Positions 29,623 through 38,424 of a DNA stretch of 59,331 nt are shown piece after piece (the first letter of the stretch is position 1; every line of letters starts with the position of its first letter). The DNA lies in assembly GCA_017302855.1 (NCBI GenBank), contig JAFLBY010000002.1:1-59331 (forward strand), given 5' to 3'. Source of the stretch: Candidatus Kapaibacterium sp. GTDB lineage: Bacteria; Bacteroidota; Ignavibacteria; Kapaibacteriales; UBA961. Made by a program: the position numbers and the translations under genes. Under the pieces are notes generated by a model that worked only from the letters and a program-made list of their open reading frames with translations, made no database searches and was not told the DNA's origin.

Positions 29623-31287
29623 TCATTCTTCCAGAAATTGTTGAAGGAATGATACTATATTGCCATGAGCAGCTATGCCGAGTTTCTTACGAATTGTCGA
29701 ACGGTATTTTTCAACCGTCCGCTCCGAGACACCCAACGTAATCGCTATCTTCGATGTACTCAATTGCATCATCATCAATGCACATGTCTTTATTTCTCCG
29801 TCATTTAATTCTTTATACATAGACTCCAATCGCGACATAAATTCTCCATACACCGCACGCAATTGAAGCAATACAACTATGCGGTCTTCTTCATCGCCTA
29901 CACGCTCATCCAATAATTCTATCACACTATATACCGCGCGACGACTCTCGCCATTAGTCAAACTCATAGCATATTCTAATTTACCCGATATGCTCCGAAT
30001 AAATTGACTCTTTCGTACCAAACGTTCTATCAATTCTTCAAGCTCTTTTTTCATCAATGCTATATTGCGTGCTAATTCCTCAGCCTTCAAACGCTGTATC
30101 TCTCCGTCGCGTTCCGCTATCGCACGGGCTTTCTCTTTCTCCATAATTTGACGAAGTAAATCAAAACGATCCGCTTGCTTCTTTACCTCAAGACTTTGGA
30201 CTTCTTTTTCTAAAGAATGATATTGTTCTATGTGATATGAATATTTCTCCCACTCTTTTTCATGTTTATAGAACTCTGCAATAGAATTATGAAGAAAACA
30301 AAGATGATCTTGGAGTTTAAGTTCATTGCTAAGAGCAAGTGCTTTTTCATAATAATATTCCGCCTTTTCTTTACTGTACCCCTCATAATCAACATTTGTC
30401 ATTAATCGCGCGATATTTCCAAAAGATGCCGCAATAGCAACGTGATCACCTAGTTCTTCATTAATGGCTAACGATTTTTCAAAATAGGAAAGAGCTTGTG
30501 AATATTGACTTTGATCTGCGTAAATCATACCCATGCTATCGAATATAATTGAGAGACCTTCTTTATTATCAATTTGTTCACATAATATTAATGCTTTATT
30601 GAGACACTCCAAAGCCTGCGAAAAATATGTCATATTTTTATACACATTTCCCATATTGGTCAATAAAATAGCAACACCCATTGTATTACCTACCATTTCA
30701 TTAAGCACAATGCCACGATCATAATACTCTAATGCTTTGGGGTAATCATTGAGCCGAGCATATAGACTTCCAATATTCACCAATGCACTCATAATTCCTT
30801 GGTTATTATGAAGTTTTTCATTTATGTCGAGTGCTTTGTGAAAATATTCCAATGATTTTATATAATTACCAAGTGTATAATGAACAATTCCAATATTAAG
30901 GTAATTTTTTGCTGTACTTCTCTTATCATCTATTTCTTGAGAAAGTTCAAGAGCTTTTTCATAATATTCCATACATTGTGCAAAATCGGCAAGCGTTTCA
31001 TAGACAATACCTAAAGATCCAAAGACTTTCAATTGTAGAGACTTTATTGCGTTATTTTCTGCAATTCTTGCTGTTTTCTCGAAATAAGGCAATGCATCTT
31101 TCGATAATCCACGGCGGAGTAAAGAATCACCAATAATAAATAAAAGCTGAGCTTGCAATTCAGAATTTTCTTCTATCATTGCCTCATTCAATAAACTTTG
31201 GGCTTGCACCTCTGCTTCAGCATAATTATGAGCATGTAGATTTTGTTCTACTTCATTAATATTCTGTTGTATTTGTTCTATTGTCAT
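29623..31287 (-). CDS. TPR-repeat LuxR/GerE-family transcriptional regulator
   Basis: The N-terminal TPR part is distinct, while the C-terminal ~200 aa are virtually identical to the 27405..29435 product. Its start overlaps the stop of the upstream cyclase gene (ATGA at 31284..31287). Confidence 0.85.
   Translation of the reverse strand: MTIEQIQQNINEVEQNLHAHNYAEAEVQAQSLLNEAMIEENSELQAQLLFIIGDSLLRRGLSKDALPYFEKTARIAENNAIKSLQLKVFGSLGIVYETLADFAQCMEYYEKALELSQEIDDKRSTAKNYLNIGIVHYTLGNYIKSLEYFHKALDINEKLHNNQGIMSALVNIGSLYARLNDYPKALEYYDRGIVLNEMVGNTMGVAILLTNMGNVYKNMTYFSQALECLNKALILCEQIDNKEGLSIIFDSMGMIYADQSQYSQALSYFEKSLAINEELGDHVAIAASFGNIARLMTNVDYEGYSKEKAEYYYEKALALSNELKLQDHLCFLHNSIAEFYKHEKEWEKYSYHIEQYHSLEKEVQSLEVKKQADRFDLLRQIMEKEKARAIAERDGEIQRLKAEELARNIALMKKELEELIERLVRKSQFIRSISGKLEYAMSLTNGESRRAVYSVIELLDERVGDEEDRIVVLLQLRAVYGEFMSRLESMYKELNDGEIKTCALMMMQLSTSKIAITLGVSERTVEKYRSTIRKKLGIAAHGNIVSFLQQFLEE
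29625..30231. repeat. 607-bp near-identical duplicated 3' module (copy 2)
   Basis: See 27410..28016. Confidence 0.9.
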
Positions 31288-33167
31288 GCTTTCTCCAAAA
31301 AATATGTTCTCATTGTTCCTTTGCCTTTTATTTCCATTTCACCACGCGGAACGAATATGAATTGAGAATTAATAATTACGAATTGAGAATTGTCGCCTGT
31401 TAATTCTTTGTCCTTCATTCCTAATTCTTCATTCCTCATTCCTAATTCTCTTACAAATTCTTCCGACACATGGATTTTACCTGCTTCGCCGTGGCTTTCC
31501 ATTCTGCTTGCCGTGTTCACGGCATCGCCCCATAAATCATAAGCAAATTTCTGTTCACCGATTACTCCTGCCACTACTTCGCCGCAGTGTAAGCCGATGC
31601 GTACATTGACTGTCTGTCCGGCTATTGTGATTCTATTTTTAAATAAATCTTGAATTTCCAATGCAAATGCAGCCGTTCTCTCGGCATGATTTTCCATGAA
31701 TAACGGCACGCCACAGACTGCCATGTAGGCATCACCTATAGTCTTGATTTTTTCGAGTCCGTGCTTTTTGGCGAGGATATCATATTGAATGAATAATTCA
31801 TTCAACCCAGACACTAATTCCTTTGCCGACATCTTCTGCGAAAGCGTCGTAAATCCCACTATATCAGAGAAAAAGACCGAAACATTTTCTACTTTGTCGG
31901 CAATGGGTTGTTCGCCTTTGATCAAGCGTTCGGTGATTTGGGAGGGCAAGATATTATCGAGGATTTTCTCCTGCTCCTGAAATCGGGCGAGTTTGATTTG
32001 GCGGTCCCGCTCTGCTTCTTCTATCTTACGACGATGTTCCATAAGCTGCGCTTCTTTGACTGCTTCCTCGCTTTGAACTTCAAGATAAAGCTCATGGAAT
32101 TTTTTGTAATGAACAGCAAAGTCTTCCCAGCGTTCCTGTTGTTCATAAAGGTCAGCAAGGTATTTATGACATGCATACAGTTCTTTCTTTATGCTGAGTT
32201 CTTTGAAAATTGACAATGCATTCAATAGAAACTCTTCTGCTTTCTCCGGGTCATAGCCCTCATACTGTTCAGAAGCATACACTTTCCCGATAGTACTCAT
32301 CCAACCCGCTACACCTGCATTATAGCCAAGTTCCTCACATAGTGCAAGCGCACGGCTATAATACTCCTTTGCGTTTGTATAGTCCAAAAGATCCATATAC
32401 ACATTCCCGATGTTGCCGATATTTATTGCCACGCCGTGCTTATTATCGAGTTCTTCATCAAGTGCAAGCGCCTTGTAATAATATTCCAAAGCTCGCGGAT
32501 AATCAGAAAGATTCGCATACACATTTGCCATATTGCCGTTAACATTTGCTATACCTTGTTTATTACCGAGCTCTTCATGGAGCACAAGTGATTTAGCATA
32601 ATACTCCAAAGCTCGTGGATAATCAGAAAGATTCGCATACACAATCCCAACGTTACAAGTATTGTTTGCCACACCATTTTTGTTACCATGTTCTTCATGG
32701 AGAGCAAGTGCCTTTGCCAAATACTCCAAACCATCGATATATTTCGCAAGATGCATATACACAATCCCAATATTGCTTATAATGTTTGCCATAGCATATT
32801 TATTATCAAGTTCTTCACGGAGTGTAAGTGCTTGCTTATAATATTCCAATGCACTCGAATAATCAGATAGTCTTTTATATATAAAACCGAGATTGGCAAG
32901 TACATTCGCTTGTAAGCCTTTTTCCTGTCCTTGTTCGGCAAGAGAAAGAGCTGTAAGTGCATATGACAAAGCATTCTTTGCCATATTACGCCGCCATAGC
33001 GATTCTGAGAGAGCAAACAGGGTACGGCAGTGAAGTTCTGATTCATTCGCAAGAGTATCATCAAGAAGTAGCTCTCTTGATTTTTTTTCTACTTCTTCAA
33101 AATCTTTACCCGAATTGAGTAATGCTTCAAGTTCTTCTATTTTAATTCTAAGCTGTTCTATCGTCAT
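31284..33167 (-). CDS. TPR-repeat class III adenylate cyclase
   Basis: TPR units and a coiled coil, then the CYCc domain: [59 protein letters not shown]. It carries an AT-rich insertion (RELGMRNEELGMKDKELTGDNSQFVIINSQF) in the last loop. Confidence 0.9.
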   Translation of the reverse strand: MTIEQLRIKIEELEALLNSGKDFEEVEKKSRELLLDDTLANESELHCRTLFALSESLWRRNMAKNALSYALTALSLAEQGQEKGLQANVLANLGFIYKRLSDYSSALEYYKQALTLREELDNKYAMANIISNIGIVYMHLAKYIDGLEYLAKALALHEEHGNKNGVANNTCNVGIVYANLSDYPRALEYYAKSLVLHEELGNKQGIANVNGNMANVYANLSDYPRALEYYYKALALDEELDNKHGVAINIGNIGNVYMDLLDYTNAKEYYSRALALCEELGYNAGVAGWMSTIGKVYASEQYEGYDPEKAEEFLLNALSIFKELSIKKELYACHKYLADLYEQQERWEDFAVHYKKFHELYLEVQSEEAVKEAQLMEHRRKIEEAERDRQIKLARFQEQEKILDNILPSQITERLIKGEQPIADKVENVSVFFSDIVGFTTLSQKMSAKELVSGLNELFIQYDILAKKHGLEKIKTIGDAYMAVCGVPLFMENHAERTAAFALEIQDLFKNRITIAGQTVNVRIGLHCGEVVAGVIGEQKFAYDLWGDAVNTASRMESHGEAGKIHVSEEFVRELGMRNEELGMKDKELTGDNSQFVIINSQFIFVPRGEMEIKGKGTMRTYFLEKA

Positions 33168-33236
33168 AGTGTGTTTATCTGTTTCTTTGATTTTATATTT
33201 ATTTTGTCAATCCTGAAAATCCTTTAATCCTAAAAA

Positions 33237-35180
33237 TCATGGTGCAGACACTTTCTCCAAAAAATATGTTTTCATCTTCCCTTTGCCTTTGATTTCCATT
33301 TCACCACGCGGAATAAACCGTAGCGACAGGTCGTGACCTGTCGCTACGGCACGCATAAAATCTGCGCTACAATGGATTTTTCCTACTTCGCCATGTGATT
33401 CCATTCTGCTTGCGGTGTTCACTGCATCGCCCCATAAATCAAAACTAAATTTCTTGTCACCGATAACTCCACCTATCGCTTCTCCGCTGTGAATACCTAT
33501 CCGCACACCTATTTCGCCTATCGCTTCTATCCAGGATATATCGCCAAGATCAGAAGGTATGCTTATGTGTAAAGTATTCATTCGATCTAATAATGCTATG
33601 CTCGCAGCAGCAGCGCGGAGTGCATGATCGTCTTGAACAATGGGGGCTCCCGACACTGCCATATAGGCATCGCCTATCGTTTTTATCTTCTCTAAACCAT
33701 ACTGCTCCATTATATTATCTGCGGTACTAAATATCGTGTTGAGCACATAAATTAAATGTTTTGGTGGCACTATACTTGCTATACGTGTAAAATTTACTAA
33801 ATCCATAAATAACACACTTACCGAAGGATAACTGTCTGCTATAAATGTTTCTTTTTTCAATAAACGCTCAGCGATTGTCGGGGGCAAAACATTATGCAGT
33901 AATTTCTCTTGTTCTTCAATACGAGCTTGACTGGCAGCTCGCTCAATTGCTAATCTTTTTTCTTGTTCGGCTATTTTCCGTTCATTTTCTCTTTGTTCGG
34001 CTTTTCGTTGGGCACCTTCTATATTGATTTGCTCTTTTATTGTGTCGAAGAATTTGCGTGCCTCATATGCTTTTTGCCAATCTTCAATTTGTGAATATAA
34101 TGTTTCAAGGGACTCATAGGCAGTTAGGGTAATATTTTTAATACCATGAAGGATGCTTATTTCCACTGCTTGTAAAAGATATTCTTCGGCTTTTTTCGGT
34201 GAATATCCATGATATGCTTTATCAGACAATAAATCACCCAAACCATTGAGCCAATGTAATTGTGGATAGATAGCACTAATCTCCACAGAATCATGATATG
34301 CTTGTATTAAATACTCATATGCCTTATCATATTCGCCTATATTTTTATAAACATGTCCGATATTTCCGCGAGCGACAAGAGCATCGCGTTTTTCACCAAG
34401 TTCTAATTGTAATGCTAATGCCCGTTGATATAACTCTAAAGCATGCTCAAATTCTTTAAGACGAAAATACACTCCACCTATACTGCTGAGAGCAAAAGCA
34501 ATGGAAACCTTATCTTGGATCATTTCAAAAATGGATAAAGCACGAAGAAAACATTCGAGAGCACGCTCATGCTCACCAAATACCTGATGCACTACTCCTA
34601 TATTCATTGTATTACCGGCAACTCCACTCTTGTTATCCAATTCTTCATGTAATATCAGAGCCCGATGAAAATATTCTAATGCTGTCGTATAGTCCGTTAA
34701 TTCTTTATAGGCAATTCCCATTTGACCTGTTATTTTTGCCAATAATTCTTTATTATGAATAATTTCGTTTTTTTCTAATGCTATGCGATAATTATCAAGA
34801 GCAAGATTGTACTCAGATTTGTGTAGATAGGCATCACCCATATTAATATATAAATGAACTAACCGCAAAGTATTACCTATACGCTCGGATATTTCGATTC
34901 CTGCTTGGGCATAGACAAGGGATTGATGAAAATTATGGCGGGAAAGTTCCAGTGAATTAAGTCGGTTATAGGCATGAGCAATTGCACCAAACACTTTATA
35001 AAGTACGGAATTATTATCCTTTTCATGCCCTAAATCATTTCTATGAGTGTACGGCTCTAACATTTGTATCACGTTAAGGGCTTCTTTTTCTGCATCTTCA
35101 TACCGTACATTATCATGATTGTCTCTTGCATTATTTAATGCTATTTCTGAAAGGACAAGAAGTTCCCGGATATCATTCAT
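33237..35180 (-). CDS. TPR-repeat class III adenylate cyclase
   Basis: Same architecture, with [40 protein letters not shown]. It has the long-arm subtype insertion (IPSDLGDISWIEAIGEIGV). Confidence 0.9.
   Translation of the reverse strand: MNDIRELLVLSEIALNNARDNHDNVRYEDAEKEALNVIQMLEPYTHRNDLGHEKDNNSVLYKVFGAIAHAYNRLNSLELSRHNFHQSLVYAQAGIEISERIGNTLRLVHLYINMGDAYLHKSEYNLALDNYRIALEKNEIIHNKELLAKITGQMGIAYKELTDYTTALEYFHRALILHEELDNKSGVAGNTMNIGVVHQVFGEHERALECFLRALSIFEMIQDKVSIAFALSSIGGVYFRLKEFEHALELYQRALALQLELGEKRDALVARGNIGHVYKNIGEYDKAYEYLIQAYHDSVEISAIYPQLHWLNGLGDLLSDKAYHGYSPKKAEEYLLQAVEISILHGIKNITLTAYESLETLYSQIEDWQKAYEARKFFDTIKEQINIEGAQRKAEQRENERKIAEQEKRLAIERAASQARIEEQEKLLHNVLPPTIAERLLKKETFIADSYPSVSVLFMDLVNFTRIASIVPPKHLIYVLNTIFSTADNIMEQYGLEKIKTIGDAYMAVSGAPIVQDDHALRAAAASIALLDRMNTLHISIPSDLGDISWIEAIGEIGVRIGIHSGEAIGGVIGDKKFSFDLWGDAVNTASRMESHGEVGKIHCSADFMRAVATGHDLSLRFIPRGEMEIKGKGKMKTYFLEKVSAP
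33317..33348. repeat. CDS-embedded 32-nt palindrome, variant B (perfect 15-bp arms)
   Basis: CCGTAGCGACAGGTC-GT-GACCTGTCGCTACGG encodes AVATGHDLSLR. Four base pairs differ from variant A, and all four are compensated. Confidence 0.95.
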
Positions 35181-35590
35181 TATTGTACTTTCTCCAAAAA
35201 ATAGGTTTTCATTTTTCCTTTGCCTTTTATTTCCATTTCACCACGCGGAATAAACCGTAGAGACGGTGCGTGCACCGTCTCTACGGCATGTTTAAATTCT
35301 TCCGACACATGGATTTTTCCTGCTGCGCCATGACTTTCCATCCGGCTTGCTGTGTTCACAGCATCGCCCCATAAATCATAGAGGAACTTGTTCTCGCCGA
35401 CACACCTGCTGCTGCCGGACCACAATGCAGACCAATGCGCACTTCTATTTCGGGAATATTCTCTATCCATGATTTGTCACCCAATGAATCGGGAGTGGAA
35501 CTTACTGTTAAGTTTTTCATCATGTCAAGAAGTTTGAATGTGGCTTGTGTGTCAGTATCGTGGTTTTGTTCGCCACTTCTTGCCCAACCA
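35180..35590 (-). pseudogene. 5'-truncated, frameshifted cyclase remnant (long-arm subtype)
   Basis: Two overlapping ORF pieces (..[44 protein letters not shown] / ..[62 protein letters not shown]) match the last ~135 aa of the 38425 and 53950 genes. There is a 1-nt deletion near 35400, and homology stops near 35590. Confidence 0.85.
35255..35286. repeat. CDS-embedded 32-nt palindrome, variant A (perfect 15-bp arms)
   Basis: CCGTAGAGACGGTGC-GT-GCACCGTCTCTACGG. Confidence 0.95.
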
Positions 35591-35737
35591 TACAGTAAGT
35601 TATTGAAATTCATAAAAATGTATGAAATGATAACAATATTTTTATGCACAAAAATACAATTTCTATGCTCTATACAGGAAAAAAACCGTAAGTTGCAGCT
35701 AACTGTGTTTATGTATTCAATTTCGGGAGAAAAAACC

Positions 35738-35998
35738 ATGGTAGAAGTTCCAGGTGGTACACCCATGCAAATCGTTATTACAATCACTGTGCAGGATTCC
35801 GAGGGGCATCCGCTCATCGGTGCCGCTGTTGATGTCACCCCTGTAGTAGATGGTAGCATCAGCATAACTAAAGCTCCTGACGGGAAGGCGAGAAAGACCG
35901 TTTCTTTCACAGCAAGTGCTGCGATGTCCGGTTATAAATCAAAGTCGGGTGAGCCCGTGGTAAACAACTCGGCAACAATCACCTTAGAAGCCGAGTAA
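35738..35998 (+). CDS. Small hypothetical protein (86 aa), beta-sandwich/CarboxypepD_reg-like flavour
   Basis: ATG 35738 is preceded by GGGAGA. The sequence is MVEVPGGTPMQIVITITVQDSEGHPLIGAAVDVTP.... It sits in the non-homologous segment that replaces the 5' part of the cyclase pseudogene. Speculative. Confidence 0.3.
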   Translation: MVEVPGGTPMQIVITITVQDSEGHPLIGAAVDVTPVVDGSISITKAPDGKARKTVSFTASAAMSGYKSKSGEPVVNNSATITLEAE

Positions 35999-36408
35999 TA
36001 TTCTTCCGGCGGCATGGCTTTTTCGCTTCCGGATTTTTATGAAGACCATTAAGCGGTGGCACAGTATCCAATCTGTGTCACCGCTTTGCATTTCATCGCC
36101 TCTCCCCGCCGAGTGTTTATACGGAAATGAAACACAACTATCAGGCATTTTAGCGAGCTTATGCCAAAAAACCCGGGTGTTAGCACTTTCGATATTACCA
36201 CAATTATACATACCCCGAATATGTTCCCAATCAGTGGTAGTATTTTTTAACCTTTCGTGTTGTATGTACTTCATTGATATGTAACTATATACTCACACAA
36301 TATTAGTTCTGAAGTCTAATCTTATGTCCCGAATACATACACATCAAAAAAAATCAATCACTAAAATCTATACAATCGCTATAATCATGGTATAAATCTC
36401 TTTTTTTA

Positions 36409-38385
36409 TTAATCCGCCTTCTCCAAAAAATAGGTCTTCATCGTTCCTTTTCCTTTGATTTCGATTTCACCACGCGGAACGAATATGAATTGAGAATTGT
36501 CGCCAGTTAATTCTTTGTCCTTCATTCTTAATTCTTCATTCCTCATTCTTAATTCTCTTACAAAATCTTCCGTACAATGAATTTTCCCTGCTTCGCTGTG
36601 AGATTCCATTCTACTTGCAGTGTTTACGGCATCGCCCCAAAGGTCATATGTGTATTTATTCTTACCGATTACACCCGCCACGACCTCGCCGCTATGTATG
36701 CCTATACGCAAGCGAAGCGGCTTGCCGGTCAGGAAGGGGTTAAAGCGGCTGACGGCTTCCATCATGTCGAATGCCATAATAGCCAAAGCCTGTGCATGGT
36801 CAGAGCGTGGTATGGGTGCTCCGCTTACCACCATATAGGCGTCGCCCATTGTTTTAATTTTTTCTAAGCCATACTTTTCGGCTAATTCGTCGAAAATCGT
36901 GAAAATTGCGTTAAGCCCCTTCACGAGTTCCTCGGGAGAAATGTCTTGTGATAATGAGGTAAATTCGACAATATCGGCGAAAAGTACCGAAACGGTATCG
37001 AGTTTATCGGCGATGAGCTTTGTACCCCCCAGTATCCTGCCGGCAATTTCCGGCGGCAGCACATTGTGAAGCAATTGTTCGGTCGCTTCGAGCCGTGTGC
37101 GCTCAATAGCCGCCTGTTTTTCACGTTCTGCCGTTTTGCGTTCGTAGTTCAGTCGCTCGGCTTGTTTTTTTGTTTCTTCGTTTAATACCTCTTTTTCAAG
37201 AGCATAAAAGAGTTGATGATGGGTGAATGCTTTTTCCCAGTTGCGGGTTAGCTGAAAGAGGACTGCCAGACAATAGTGCGTTTCGTAAAGTTCTTTTTTG
37301 GCACCAAGCTCTTCGAAGAGTTCCTTTGCTCGCAGAAAATATCGTTCGGCAAGGACAGGATCATATTCGGCATTGTCGTCGTCCGAATACAATCCGGCTA
37401 TATTCTGTGTGCAGTTGGCTATTCCAGCGATATTGTTGACCTCGGTATAGAGTTCTAATGCCTTGTTGCAATAATCCATTGCACCCGCATGGTCGCCCAT
37501 CATTTTGCAGTTGCTCCCGATATTGACATACACATCGGCGACTCCTGCCTTGTTCCCAAGCTCATTGTGAATGCCGAGAGCACGCTTATAATATTGCAAT
37601 GACATTGTATAGTCATGAAGATAAAAATGCACGGCAGCTATATTACCGGTTAAGGATGCTGCTCCCACTTTGTCGCCGAGTTGCTCTTTTGTCATAAGTG
37701 CCTTGTGGTAGTAGTCGAGGGCGATGTTATACTCCTTCATGGCAAGATAGATATTCCCGATGTTACCTAATTGCGTAGCGGTGTCTGACATATTATTGGA
37801 CGCTTCCGCAAGGGCGAGGGATTTATGGAACAAAGACAAAGCATTTGGGTAATCTGCAAACAGTAGGAAGATATTGCCGAGATTGCCTGTGTGAATAGCG
37901 ATAGCAGCGGCATTGCCGGTTTGTTCAGCCAATGAGAGGGCTTTTTGGTAATATACCAGCGCGTTCGGATAGTCGGACATGAGGAGAAAAAGGTTGCCAA
38001 GATTGCCCGTGTGATCAGCCACACCACGCCAATTTCCGAGTTCTTCGTCCAATGCGAGTGCCTTGCGGTAATATTCTGCCGCAGTTGTATAGTCCGAGAG
38101 GTTGCGGTAAGCGCGTCCGATATTGCCGAGGGTAATGGCAATTCTACCGGAGTCGCCTATGACTTCAAATGATTCGTGCGCCAATTGATACTGCTCGAGA
38201 GCTTTCAAATATTCTCCGTGTCGTTGGGCGATATTGCCTATAAACACAGCAGCCCTTCCGGCTTGCAATGAGTTTCCTGATAGCCGGGCGACATTTAGGG
38301 CGGCGACGGCAGCAGATTCGGCTTCTTCGTAGCACCCATGTTGGAAATGTTCGTCGGCTGTTTTATTGAGTTCTTCGGCTGTCAT
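36409..38385 (-). CDS. TPR-repeat class III adenylate cyclase
   Basis: [40 protein letters not shown]. It carries the AT-rich insertion subtype (RELRMRNEELRMKDKELTGDNSQF). Confidence 0.9.
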   Translation of the reverse strand: MTAEELNKTADEHFQHGCYEEAESAAVAALNVARLSGNSLQAGRAAVFIGNIAQRHGEYLKALEQYQLAHESFEVIGDSGRIAITLGNIGRAYRNLSDYTTAAEYYRKALALDEELGNWRGVADHTGNLGNLFLLMSDYPNALVYYQKALSLAEQTGNAAAIAIHTGNLGNIFLLFADYPNALSLFHKSLALAEASNNMSDTATQLGNIGNIYLAMKEYNIALDYYHKALMTKEQLGDKVGAASLTGNIAAVHFYLHDYTMSLQYYKRALGIHNELGNKAGVADVYVNIGSNCKMMGDHAGAMDYCNKALELYTEVNNIAGIANCTQNIAGLYSDDDNAEYDPVLAERYFLRAKELFEELGAKKELYETHYCLAVLFQLTRNWEKAFTHHQLFYALEKEVLNEETKKQAERLNYERKTAEREKQAAIERTRLEATEQLLHNVLPPEIAGRILGGTKLIADKLDTVSVLFADIVEFTSLSQDISPEELVKGLNAIFTIFDELAEKYGLEKIKTMGDAYMVVSGAPIPRSDHAQALAIMAFDMMEAVSRFNPFLTGKPLRLRIGIHSGEVVAGVIGKNKYTYDLWGDAVNTASRMESHSEAGKIHCTEDFVRELRMRNEELRMKDKELTGDNSQFIFVPRGEIEIKGKGTMKTYFLEKAD

Positions 38386-38424
38386 TGGATTATACCTTAA
38401 TGTACATTGTCAAATTTATAGAAA

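Noticed and set aside
35356-35998. Two long overlapping ORFs (184 aa on the minus strand, 187 aa on the plus strand) across the pseudogene border.
   Set aside because: The minus-strand ORF is cyclase-homologous only in its C-terminal part (frameshifted remnant). The plus-strand ORF is antisense to the remnant for its first ~100 codons. Only the distal 86 codons (35738..35998) are kept, as a low-confidence CDS.
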